Positions 18,420-27,375 of a DNA stretch of 64,000 nucleotides are shown here, piece by piece. The stretch is from Acidimicrobiales bacterium (GTDB lineage: Bacteria; Actinomycetota; Acidimicrobiia; Acidimicrobiales; CATQHL01), in assembly GCA_963668565.2 (NCBI GenBank), contig CAXXMX010000009.1:9301-73300 (forward strand), written 5' to 3'. The notes beneath the pieces are model-generated. The model saw only the letters and a list, made by a program, of their open reading frames with translations. It did no database searches and was not told where the DNA came from. The position numbers were made by a program, and so were the translations under genes. Each line of letters starts with the position of its first letter. The stretch's first letter is position 1.

Positions 18420-20549
18420 TTGAGCACTACCGATGCCCCGGCGGGCCGGGCGGTGATCGGCAAGTCGGTCCTGCGCCTCGAGGACCGCCCCCTGCTGGTC
18501 GGCGAGGGCCGCTTCCTCGCCGATATCAGCTTCGACGGTGAGGTACATCTGCGGGTGGTTCGCTCCGACGTTGCGCACGGTGTGCTGCATGGCGTGGACC
18601 TGAGCGAGGTCTTGGCAGCCGAGGGCGTCGTGGCGGCCTGGAGCGCCGCGGAAGTTGCGCACATTCCGCCGATCGAGTTCCGGATGACCGGCGTGGACGT
18701 CTTGCGGCCCTACTGCCAGCGAGTCCTCGCCCGCGACCGGGTGCGCTACGTCGGCGATCCCGTGGCCGTCGTGATCGCAGAGGACCCTTACCTGGCCGAG
18801 GACGCCGCCGAGTTGGCCTTCGCGGACATCGAGCCCCTGGATCCGGTGCTGGAGTCGTGGGCGCCCGAGGCCCCCGCCCCCTTGACGCTGGAGAACGGCT
18901 ACGGCGACGTGGACGCGGCTTTCGCGGACGCCCACTGGGTCGTGGAGGTGCGGGCGGCAGTGGGGCGCCACAGCGGGATCCCGATGGAGACACGCGGGCT
19001 GCTGGCGCGCCCGGTTGCCTCCGGTGGCGTGGAGCTGTACGGCATCGCCAAGGTGCCGCACTACAACTGCGCCACGATCGCCGACATGCTGAGTCTGGCG
19101 CCGGGACAGGTCGTCGGCCGGGAGGGGCACGTGGGCGGCGGGTTCGGGATCCGCGGCGAGCTGTATCCCGAGGATCTGCTCGTGACGTATGCCGCGCTGA
19201 AGCTGGATCGTCCCGTGAAATGGGTGGAGGACCGCAGGGAGCACATGCTGGCGGCCAACCACTCGCGCGAGCAGACCTACCACGTGCGGGCCGCCGTGGA
19301 CTCCCGCGGCGTGGTGCAGGCTCTCGACGCCGAGTTCTTCCACGACCAGGGGGGCTACGTCCGCACGCACGGGGCCACCGTGCCGAACCTGTCGGTGGCA
19401 CTGCTGCCGGGTCCCTACGTCATGCCCGCCTACCGGGTGCGCGGCCACATCCGTCTCACCAACAAGACCCCGGCGGGCACCTACCGCGCGCCGGGCCGGT
19501 TCGAGAGCACGTTCGCGCGCGAGCGACTGATGGACGCGGTCGCCACCGCCTGCGACCTGGATCCCGCCGAGGTGCGCCGCCGCAACCTGATCCCGCCCGA
19601 TGCCATGCCGTTCGACCGACGGGTCAGCACCCTCGGTACGCACGTCGTCTACGACTCCGGCGACTACCGGAGGCTTCTGGACCGGCTGCTCGACCACATC
19701 GACTACGAGTCGCTGCGGGAGTCGTTGGCGCGGCGCCGTGGCGCCGGGGAGATGGTGGGACTCGGTCTCGGCATGTTCGTCGAGAAGTCCGGCCTGGGCC
19801 CGTTCGACGACGTGCGCGTGCGGTGGCTCGACGGCGGGGGCGTAGAGGTCGTCACAGGCGCTGCCTCGCTGGGCCAGGGGATGGAGACCGCCCTCGCCCA
19901 GATCTGCGCCGAGGTGCTGGACGTGGACTACCGCGACGTGACGGTTCGCCACGGTCAGACCGACTTGATCGGCCGCGGCATGGGGGCCTTTGCAAGCCGG
20001 GTCACGGTCATGACCGGTGCCGCCGTGTACCTCGCCGCCACCGAACTGGCCGCCACGGGCGAGCCCGCCGCCGAGGCCACCTTCAATGCCGACCACATGA
20101 CCTACCCGTACGGTGCCCACGCGGCGGTCGTGCGCATCGACGAGGACACGGGCGGGGTCACCGTCGAGCGCTACGTGGTGGCCTACGACGTGGGCCGTGC
20201 CGTGAACCCGATGCTGTGCGAGGGCCAGATCATCGGCGGCGTTGCCCAGGGTGTCGGCGGAGCCCTGCTGGAGCTCTTCAGCTACGACGCCGACGGCCAG
20301 CCCCTGGCCACCTCGTTCATGGACTACCTGATGCCCACGCTTGCTGAGCAGCCCCCCGTGGAGGTGTTGCTGAGCGAGGACGCCCCCAGTCCGCTGAACC
20401 CGTTGGGGCTCAAGGGCGCAGGCGAGGGCGGCACGAACGCCTGCGGGGCGGCCATCGCCGCGGCCATCGACGACGCCATCGGACGACCCGGCGCGGTCAC
20501 GACGCTGCCCGCCACGCCGGAGCTGATCCGCTCACTCATCAGGGACTGA
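18420..20549 (+). CDS. xanthine-dehydrogenase-family molybdopterin-binding large subunit (copy 2 of this operon)
   Basis: 709 aa. IGKSVLRLEDRPLLVG, VGGGFGIRGE and C-terminal NPLGLKGAGEGGTNACGAAI. Confidence 0.85.
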   Translation: MSTTDAPAGRAVIGKSVLRLEDRPLLVGEGRFLADISFDGEVHLRVVRSDVAHGVLHGVDLSEVLAAEGVVAAWSAAEVAHIPPIEFRMTGVDVLRPYCQRVLARDRVRYVGDPVAVVIAEDPYLAEDAAELAFADIEPLDPVLESWAPEAPAPLTLENGYGDVDAAFADAHWVVEVRAAVGRHSGIPMETRGLLARPVASGGVELYGIAKVPHYNCATIADMLSLAPGQVVGREGHVGGGFGIRGELYPEDLLVTYAALKLDRPVKWVEDRREHMLAANHSREQTYHVRAAVDSRGVVQALDAEFFHDQGGYVRTHGATVPNLSVALLPGPYVMPAYRVRGHIRLTNKTPAGTYRAPGRFESTFARERLMDAVATACDLDPAEVRRRNLIPPDAMPFDRRVSTLGTHVVYDSGDYRRLLDRLLDHIDYESLRESLARRRGAGEMVGLGLGMFVEKSGLGPFDDVRVRWLDGGGVEVVTGAASLGQGMETALAQICAEVLDVDYRDVTVRHGQTDLIGRGMGAFASRVTVMTGAAVYLAATELAATGEPAAEATFNADHMTYPYGAHAAVVRIDEDTGGVTVERYVVAYDVGRAVNPMLCEGQIIGGVAQGVGGALLELFSYDADGQPLATSFMDYLMPTLAEQPPVEVLLSEDAPSPLNPLGLKGAGEGGTNACGAAIAAAIDDAIGRPGAVTTLPATPELIRSLIRD

Positions 20550-20590
20550 CAGCGCGCGGCTCCCCGCGCACCGAATGAGTGAGAGCCGCC

Positions 20591-21616
20591 TCAGGGCGTA
20601 ACGGCGGCGAGGGTCCAGTCGAGTACGTAAGCCGGTCCGTCGTCGCGGTGGGCGGTCGCCCGGACGCGTACGGCCCGCAGCCGTCCTTGACCGGCGGGGA
20701 TCTCCGCGAGGAGGGTGTGGCGGAACGACAGCAGGTCAGCCTCGAAGACGGGTCCGGTGTGGGAGCAATACCCCCAGGCCACCACGGTGGCCATGCCGTG
20801 CAGCACGCGGCTGAGCGAAGCCTGCCCCATGCCCGCAACCTGCAGGCCGTTCACGAGGCGGCGGCCGTAGGGCGAGACCTCGGCATCGCGGTGGGCGAAC
20901 GCCAGGTTGTGGGTCAGGTGCAGCAGGGCAGGCGTGTTGTCGATGTAGTCCCGCAGGGGGTCGGCCACGGTGGTCCCGATCTCCCAGGTGTCGGGTGGGC
21001 CGAGCAACTGGAGTTGCCAATCGCCCGGCACCAACTCGGCGCAGGCGTGCAGATCGATGCCGCCGGTCGGGTGATCAGTGCCGGCGCCGCTGCCGATGTC
21101 GTCGCCGAAGCCGGGTAGATCGGCTCCCGTGGCGGGCAGGAGGGGACAGCGCTGGTACGTGGCCACCACCACACCGTCGGCTGTGCTCTCGCAGGCCACG
21201 AGCACCATGCCCCGCGGCGCGCGGTCGGGTCGGGGACGCCCGTCGCGCATGGCCACGACGCGCACGGAGGTCTCCAGCGTCTGACCCTGGAACACCGGGT
21301 GCGGGAGGCGCACGTCCCGATAGAAGAGGTTGGCGATGACCCGCCTGCTGACGGTGGTCGTATGGCCGACCGACAGGGCCATGAGGAGCCCCGAACTGAC
21401 GAGCGGCTGATCGGAGCCGGTCACCTCGGCGCAGAGCCGGCGGTTCTGCACCAGCGGCAGTCGCTCGCCCACGAGGGCCTGGTAGATGGCACAGATGCCG
21501 CTGTCGATGGTCACACCCGGCTGCCGCGGCAGTTCCTCCCCTGGCTGCAGCAGGTCGTAGTAGGGCCCGTCGAGGGGAATGTGCCCGCTGCCGGGCACCG
21601 GATCGGCCGGACTCAT
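20591..21616 (-). CDS. double hot-dog fold acyl dehydratase, MaoC-like (mesaconyl-CoA-hydratase-like size and layout)
   Basis: 341 aa, two halves of about 150 aa, with hot-dog-like segments (NLFYRDVRLPHPVFQGQTL, LTHNLAFAHRD). The assignment rests on weak motif recognition only. Confidence 0.45.
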   Translation of the reverse strand: MSPADPVPGSGHIPLDGPYYDLLQPGEELPRQPGVTIDSGICAIYQALVGERLPLVQNRRLCAEVTGSDQPLVSSGLLMALSVGHTTTVSRRVIANLFYRDVRLPHPVFQGQTLETSVRVVAMRDGRPRPDRAPRGMVLVACESTADGVVVATYQRCPLLPATGADLPGFGDDIGSGAGTDHPTGGIDLHACAELVPGDWQLQLLGPPDTWEIGTTVADPLRDYIDNTPALLHLTHNLAFAHRDAEVSPYGRRLVNGLQVAGMGQASLSRVLHGMATVVAWGYCSHTGPVFEADLLSFRHTLLAEIPAGQGRLRAVRVRATAHRDDGPAYVLDWTLAAVTP

Positions 21617-23988
21617 CGGCCTCTGCGGAGACCGGCGAAGCGGTTGAGGCGCAGCGAGTTGCCCAGCACGAAGAGCGAGGATAGCCCCATGGCCGCCGCG
21701 GCGATCTCGGGGCGCAGGAGACCGAGCGCAGCCAGAGGAATGGCGGCGGTGTTGTAGGCGAACGCCCAGAAGAGATTGCCGCGAATGGTTCCAAGTGTGT
21801 GACGGGCGAGTTCGAGAGCATCCACCGCGATGGTTAGGTCGCCCCCCACGAGGGTCAGGTCCGAGGCCTCGGCCGCGACGTCGGCACCGGTGCCGATGGC
21901 CACCCCCACGTCGGCCGCGGCCAGGGCAGGGGCATCGTTGACGCCGTCGCCCACCATCGCAACCCGGCGCCCGGCGGCCTGCAGGCGCTCGATCTCGGCG
22001 GCCTTGCCGGCCGGCGTCAACTCGGCGAGCGTGCGGTCGACGCCCACCTCTCGACCGACGTGCTCCGCGGCGGACCAGTTGTCGCCGCTCAGCAGCACGA
22101 CTTCCCGGCCGGAGCGCTTCCAGGCGTCCACGGCGGCGGCGCTGGAGGGCTTCACCGTGTCCGCAAGCGCCAGGAATCCCCCGGCGGTGCCTGCGAGTCC
22201 CACGAACACGAGCGTGCGGCCGGCGGCGGTGTGCTGTTCGGCAGCAGACTCCAGCGAGGCCGGTACACGGTCGAACAGCGCGCGCCGCCCAGCGGTGACC
22301 GTGACCCCGTCAGGCTGGGCAGTGGTGGGTGCGAGGCCGGCCGCCGCTGTTCCATCCCCGGCGGCCGCAGTCTCCACCCCGACCAGCCGTCCCTGGACGC
22401 CGAAGCCGGGCAGGTTGGCGAAGTCCGTCACGACGACGCCGGGGCTGGGCCGTGTTGCCTCGTTCGCAGCGCGGACGATCGCCGTCGCCACCGGGTGTTC
22501 GGAGCGAGCCTCCAAGGCCTCCGCCAGCGCCAGCAGGTCAGCGGGGGTCGTTCCCTCTGCGACCTCGACTGCGACGACCTCCAGGCGGCCTTCGGTCACC
22601 GTGCCGGTCTTGTCGAGGGCGATCACGTCGATGCGCCGCGCCGCTTCCAGCGCGTCGGGTCCTCTGATGATCACACCCATGCGGGCTCCCCTGCCGGCCC
22701 CGGCCAGGAAGGCAGCGGGCGTTGCCAGGCCGAGGGCGCACGGGCACGCCACGATCAGGACGGCAACAGCCGGGCTGATCGCCTCGCCGGCCGGTCCCGC
22801 CAGGAGCCAGCCCACCAGCGTGGCAATAGCCACGACGACCACGGCGGGCACGAAGACCCCCGAGATCCGGTCGGCCAGGCGCTGGATCGGTGCCTTGCGC
22901 GACAGGGCCTCGGTCACCAGCCGCACGACCTGGGCAAGGGTGCTGTCCGCGCCGACCCGGCGGGCCTCCACCACGAGCGAGCCGTGGGTATTGAGGGTTC
23001 CGCCGGTCACGCCGTCACCGGGGCCGACCTCGGCCGGCACGGGCTCTCCAGTCACGATCGAGGTGTCCACGGCGGAGTGTCCGTCGGTCACCAAACCGTC
23101 GGCGGCGATCCTCTCGCCGGGCCGGACCAGGAACCGCATGCCGACGGTCAACTCGGAGGGCGGGATGTCGCTCCCATCGGGGAGCCGCACGTTGCCGGCG
23201 CTCAGGCCGACGAGCGCGCCGATGGCGTCACCCGCCCGGCGCCGGGCACGCGCCTCCAGGTGGCGCCCCAGCAGCACGACCGCCACGATGACCGCGGCGG
23301 TGTCGAAGTACACGTGCCCGTCGAAGCCGCCGACGGTGATGACCGCCGACCAGCCCCAGGCGACCAGCGACCCGAGCGACACGAGGGTGTCCATGGTGGC
23401 GTGCCGTCGCCGCACCGCCCGCCAGCCGGGCCGATGGAAGGCCAAGCCGCTGATGAGAACGACAGGCATGGTGAGCCCCAGCACGAGCCACTGCCAACCT
23501 GCGAATCGCAGCGCGTCGATCGATGAGACCAGCATCGAGGCCGCGGCCAGAGCGAGAGTGGCCAGGAGGGCGCCACCGCTTGTCCAGCATGGCTCCTCAC
23601 CGTCGAGATGTAGGTGCCCCGGAGCGGCCCTGTAGCCGAGGTATTCGATGCGATCGAGCACGTCGCGCTCATTCAGCAGCTGCGGGTCGTACGACACGCT
23701 GGCGCGGCGGGCCGCGAAGTTGACGTGCGCTGCGGACACACCGGGGAGGTCGTGCAGGGCGCTCTCGATGCTGGTCGCGCAGGCGCCGCAATTCATCCCG
23801 TCGACGGTCAGATCAAGGCGGGTTTGCCGCTGTGGAGGCTCGGGGAGTTCCTGCTCGTCGGGGAGTTCTGTACGTACCAGATCCTCACCTCCCGTTCTGC
23901 CACCAGCGTATTGGGCTGGGGAGGCGGCGCGCAGGCCTCTACGATGCCGCCGATGCGGCCAACCAGCGGTCACCGGAGCGGCCACCAC
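21613..23988 (-). CDS. copA: copper-translocating P1B-type ATPase
   Basis: HMA domain GMNCGACATSIESAL, transmembrane CPCALGLATP, phosphorylation site DKTGTVT, hinge GDGVNDAPAL. The start is uncertain: the 5' end overlaps the divergent acyltransferase start region. 4-nt overlap with the MaoC-like gene. Confidence 0.9.
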   Translation of the reverse strand: MVAAPVTAGWPHRRHRRGLRAASPAQYAGGRTGGEDLVRTELPDEQELPEPPQRQTRLDLTVDGMNCGACATSIESALHDLPGVSAAHVNFAARRASVSYDPQLLNERDVLDRIEYLGYRAAPGHLHLDGEEPCWTSGGALLATLALAAASMLVSSIDALRFAGWQWLVLGLTMPVVLISGLAFHRPGWRAVRRRHATMDTLVSLGSLVAWGWSAVITVGGFDGHVYFDTAAVIVAVVLLGRHLEARARRRAGDAIGALVGLSAGNVRLPDGSDIPPSELTVGMRFLVRPGERIAADGLVTDGHSAVDTSIVTGEPVPAEVGPGDGVTGGTLNTHGSLVVEARRVGADSTLAQVVRLVTEALSRKAPIQRLADRISGVFVPAVVVVAIATLVGWLLAGPAGEAISPAVAVLIVACPCALGLATPAAFLAGAGRGARMGVIIRGPDALEAARRIDVIALDKTGTVTEGRLEVVAVEVAEGTTPADLLALAEALEARSEHPVATAIVRAANEATRPSPGVVVTDFANLPGFGVQGRLVGVETAAAGDGTAAAGLAPTTAQPDGVTVTAGRRALFDRVPASLESAAEQHTAAGRTLVFVGLAGTAGGFLALADTVKPSSAAAVDAWKRSGREVVLLSGDNWSAAEHVGREVGVDRTLAELTPAGKAAEIERLQAAGRRVAMVGDGVNDAPALAAADVGVAIGTGADVAAEASDLTLVGGDLTIAVDALELARHTLGTIRGNLFWAFAYNTAAIPLAALGLLRPEIAAAAMGLSSLFVLGNSLRLNRFAGLRRGR

Positions 23989-24639
23989 CGCAGATTCGGA
24001 TTCCTTGGAACGGGCGTCCGGCTGCTCTCGGCGGTGATGGCGCGCTGGGACATTCCGCAGGTCCTACCCGTTCCGGCGCCCGCCATCTTCGCAGGAAACC
24101 ACCGCAGCCTGTTCGACATCGTCGTGGGGTTCCGCCTGTTCTGGAACTACCGGTCGTCGGTCCACATCGTGGTCGCCCAGCGCTACTTCGACCACTGGCT
24201 GATGGGGCGCTTACTTCGCGCAGGGGGCTGCATTCCCATGGGGACCGGCAGGTCCGCCCTGACGGGCATCAAGGCCTGCCTCGAGGCTCTTGATCGAGGG
24301 GAGACGGTGGTGATCATGCCCGAGGGGCGCGTGATCCCCCTTGAGGAAAGGACCAGTGGCGTTGGCCCGCCGGAAGCGGGCATCGGTGTGCTGGCGGCTC
24401 GCAGCACCGTGCCGCTGGCGCTCTGTGCAATCACCGGCAGCGACGAGGTGTGGCCCCCCGGACGGCGGTTTCCGCGCCTCCGCCTTGGCCGGGCCCGCCC
24501 CACGGTCCGCGTCCTCGTCGAGGCACTAACGCCACTCGCGCCGGAAGAGCGGACCGACCGCGAACGGGTCGCGGAGGCGGTGATGTGGGCGCTGGCCGGC
24601 CTCGTCGAGTCGCCTACCGACTCGACGACGGGGGAGTGA
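23944..24639 (+). CDS. lysophospholipid (1-acyl-sn-glycerol-3-phosphate) acyltransferase family protein
   Basis: Started at ATG 23944 within ORF 23614..24639. HX4D motif NHRSLFD and VVIMPEGRV (PEG block). Confidence 0.7.
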   Translation: MPPMRPTSGHRSGHHRRFGFLGTGVRLLSAVMARWDIPQVLPVPAPAIFAGNHRSLFDIVVGFRLFWNYRSSVHIVVAQRYFDHWLMGRLLRAGGCIPMGTGRSALTGIKACLEALDRGETVVIMPEGRVIPLEERTSGVGPPEAGIGVLAARSTVPLALCAITGSDEVWPPGRRFPRLRLGRARPTVRVLVEALTPLAPEERTDRERVAEAVMWALAGLVESPTDSTTGE

Positions 24640-24652
24640 CCCGCCGCCGGCG

Positions 24653-25588
24653 CTAGGTGGCCATCCGCCGGGCGAGGCGGCGCATCCCGGCCAGCCAGCG
24701 ATCGGGGTCGCCGGCGCGGCGCTTGGTGTAGATCGCTGTCTCCGGGTGCGGGAGGACGAGGAACCGCCCCGCGCGGAGAGCGTCGGCTGTGGCGTCGGCG
24801 ACCGCCTCGGGCTCCAGGACGCCGTCCACCGCGGCGGCGGAACGCGCTGCGGGTGCGGCGCCAGCGGGTCCAGCCGGTTCCCGCGTACCCGGCGAGCCCT
24901 CCAGCAGCGGTGTGCGCACCGCCTGGGGGCACAGGGCGGCGACCTGTACGCCCTGATCTCCGTGCGCGATGGCGAGCCACTCGGCGGCGGCGACTGCGGC
25001 GTGCTTGGTCACGGCATAGGAGACGGAGTCCAGCTGTGTCAGCAGACCTGCCGCAGAGGCGGTCACCACGAAGATGCCTCCCCCGCGCTCGGACCAGCGG
25101 GGCACAAGGACCACCGCCGCATGGAAGTGCGCCATGACGTGGACGTCCCAACTCCGCTGCCAGCCCGCGGCTGTCGTCTCGAGTCCTCCCGGAACCAGCA
25201 GGCCCGCGTTGGAGCAGTAGATCTCCACGGGACCGAGCGAGCGCTCCACCTCGTCGATCAGACGGCGGGTGGCCGCCGCGTCGGTCACGTCGAGGCGGCG
25301 GGCCTCGCCTCCGATGTCCGCGGCGACGGCTGCAGCGCCCTCGGCGTCGATGTCAGTCACCACGACCAGCGCTCCGTCGGCGGCGAGCCGTCGGGCCAGC
25401 GCCGCCCCGATACCGCTTGCCGCGCCCGTCACGATCGCCACTGAACCCGGCCGAGGGGGGTAGCGGCTGCGCACCGGCGCATCCCTCCCGCCACGGGGCG
25501 ATTGTTCCGAGCGGCTGTCCGATGTGGCGGGCACGGGACGGAGGTTAGAGCCGGAGGCGGCGACCGCCGGTGTGCTCGGAGTTGCCAA
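24653..25588 (-). CDS. SDR-family oxidoreductase (start uncertain; alternative GTG at 25474)
   Basis: VAIVTGAASGIGAALARRLA Rossmann motif about 50 residues into the ORF, and YAVTKHAAV catalytic motif. Confidence 0.8.
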   Translation of the reverse strand: MATPSTPAVAASGSNLRPVPATSDSRSEQSPRGGRDAPVRSRYPPRPGSVAIVTGAASGIGAALARRLAADGALVVVTDIDAEGAAAVAADIGGEARRLDVTDAAATRRLIDEVERSLGPVEIYCSNAGLLVPGGLETTAAGWQRSWDVHVMAHFHAAVVLVPRWSERGGGIFVVTASAAGLLTQLDSVSYAVTKHAAVAAAEWLAIAHGDQGVQVAALCPQAVRTPLLEGSPGTREPAGPAGAAPAARSAAAVDGVLEPEAVADATADALRAGRFLVLPHPETAIYTKRRAGDPDRWLAGMRRLARRMAT

Positions 25589-25780
25589 GCAGTGCGAGAC
25601 CGCTCACGCCGGGGGAATTGCCGGACACCCGGACAGCGGAATCGTGTGGCGGCCCCGTAGTGTCCGTGTGGGATGTTCGGCCGCATCGGCCTCGGCGAAC
25701 CGGGAGGTCCGTCCCGGCACAGAGCGGTGCGAGCAACCCACCGAAGGCGATCCGGCGACCGGGAGAGGACGAACACGCCG

Positions 25781-26626
25781 ATGGGGATGCTCGGCAAACG
25801 GGCTTGCGCGTTGGGGGCCTCAGTCCTTCTCGTCGCCGCCTGCGGCGGGAACGATGCCTCCGAGGTGCCCGCGCCCCCCGATGGCGGCTCCGTAACGACG
25901 ACCGAGCGTGCGTCGCCGCCTGCCGGCGCGGCCGAGACCACTCCCGAGACAGCGGCGCAGCCCCCGCCCGCAGGCACCCCGACGGCGCCGGCGGAGAGCC
26001 CGGAGCCTCCCGCCGAGAGCGCCGATGAGCCGCGCGCTGGAAGTGGTGGGCGAGTCGGCGCCGACCTGGCGGATGTCCTGCCGACCGTGTCCACGATGGC
26101 CGAGTCCTCCGCCCCCCTGCCCGAGACACCCGATGGCTCCGGCGGGTCCCCCGAGGGGATCGAAGGGGTCGTCTCGGTGCCCGTGACGAGCGCCGATCAC
26201 GTGCGCCACGACGTCGAGTACCCGACGGCGCCGCCGGCGGGGGGCCCGCACCTGGGCATCTGGCTGAACTGTGGCTTCTACACGGTGCCGGTCCTGGACG
26301 AGTTGGCCGTCCACTCCCTCGAGCACGGCGCCGTTTGGGTGACGTATCGCTCCGACGTTCCCGCCGGGGCCCTCAGCGAACTGGCGGCGCTGGCGACGCG
26401 TCTGCCGTATCTGCTGGTGTCGCCGTATGAGGCGCAGGACTCACCGCTGGTCCTGACCGCCTGGGCGCGCCAGCTGTCGCTGGACTCCCTCGACGATGCC
26501 CGTTTCGAACGCTTCCTCGACGTCTACCTGTTCGACGGACCGACGACTCCGGAACCCGGTGCCGCTTGCTCGGGGGCCGTGGGTGTGCCTCCTGAGCATC
26601 CCGACGCGGTACCGCAGCAGGGATGA
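25781..26626 (+). CDS. DUF3105-like secreted lipoprotein
   Basis: Started at ATG 25781 within ORF 25673..26626. Lipobox LLVAACGG, an Ala/Pro-rich linker, then VHSLEHGAVWVTY and SPLVLTAW, which I recognise as DUF3105 hallmarks. Confidence 0.6.
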   Translation: MGMLGKRACALGASVLLVAACGGNDASEVPAPPDGGSVTTTERASPPAGAAETTPETAAQPPPAGTPTAPAESPEPPAESADEPRAGSGGRVGADLADVLPTVSTMAESSAPLPETPDGSGGSPEGIEGVVSVPVTSADHVRHDVEYPTAPPAGGPHLGIWLNCGFYTVPVLDELAVHSLEHGAVWVTYRSDVPAGALSELAALATRLPYLLVSPYEAQDSPLVLTAWARQLSLDSLDDARFERFLDVYLFDGPTTPEPGAACSGAVGVPPEHPDAVPQQG

Positions 26627-26771
26627 GCGCCAAGCCGCCGAAGCGCCGGCCCGGCCGCTCCAGCGCTCCCCGATCCCAGGCAACTGCTGGTCGGGACCGC
26701 CCTGGGCGGCGACCGGGGCCCGTCGCAGGCGCCGGCGCGGCCGGCCGGATCGCACCCGCCTGTGGCGCGGC

Positions 26772-27353
26772 GTGCTCTGGGGAGCCGTTGCCGTCGGTGT
26801 GGCCTGGGTCGCGGTGGCGATGGTCCTCTTCCTCGGCGACGAGGAGGATCCGCCGCCTCCCCGGCCTGTGGAGGTCACCGCAGGCGCCGAAGGGTGCCGT
26901 CCGCTCGTGTTCGGGGTCGAGCCGGGCGAGCGCGTCGTCCTGCGGGTGACGAACACCACCGACAGCGACTTCGAGGTGATCGTGACCGACGAGGCGGGGC
27001 TGGCTCTGCGCATGTCGCCGGGCTACGACCCGGCCAGCCCGGAGGGAGCGGGAGCACCGGGGCAGGTCGTGACGGTGGTGGCCGGTCCTGGCCGGCTCGG
27101 GCCACCGCTGCTCGTCGCCGGCGTCCTCGCTCACGAGGGTCATGAGGATGAGGCGGGCCCCAATGCGACCGCGGACTTCCGCTATCGCATGATCGTGGCC
27201 GAGAACGGGGTGCGGATCATGCTGGTCACGTTCCCCGAGGTCGGCGAGTTCGACCCGCTCAACCGCCTCGTGTGCGCCGCCATCGCTCCCGACGGCGTCC
27301 TGGACGCCACGATGCCTGTGGGCCGGATCGAGGTCGGCTCCTCCGGCGGCTGA
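26772..27353 (+). CDS. membrane-anchored hypothetical protein, possibly cupredoxin-like; 5' end unresolved
   Basis: Frame of ORF 26496..27353. TM segment LWGAVAVGVAWVAVAMVLFLG, then VVLRVTNTTDSDFEVIV, which resembles cupredoxin_1-type strands. An ATG at 26623 overlaps the DUF3105 stop (ATGA) but is in a different frame. Confidence 0.4.
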   Translation: MLWGAVAVGVAWVAVAMVLFLGDEEDPPPPRPVEVTAGAEGCRPLVFGVEPGERVVLRVTNTTDSDFEVIVTDEAGLALRMSPGYDPASPEGAGAPGQVVTVVAGPGRLGPPLLVAGVLAHEGHEDEAGPNATADFRYRMIVAENGVRIMLVTFPEVGEFDPLNRLVCAAIAPDGVLDATMPVGRIEVGSSGG

Positions 27354-27375
27354 CCGCTGGAGAAGCGGCGAGCCG

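Noticed and set aside
21613-21616. ATGA overlap of the copA stop with the MaoC-like gene start as evidence of functional linkage
   Set aside because: 4-nt overlaps are common throughout this window (9873-9876, 17919-17922, 56727-56730). On their own they indicate only co-transcription.
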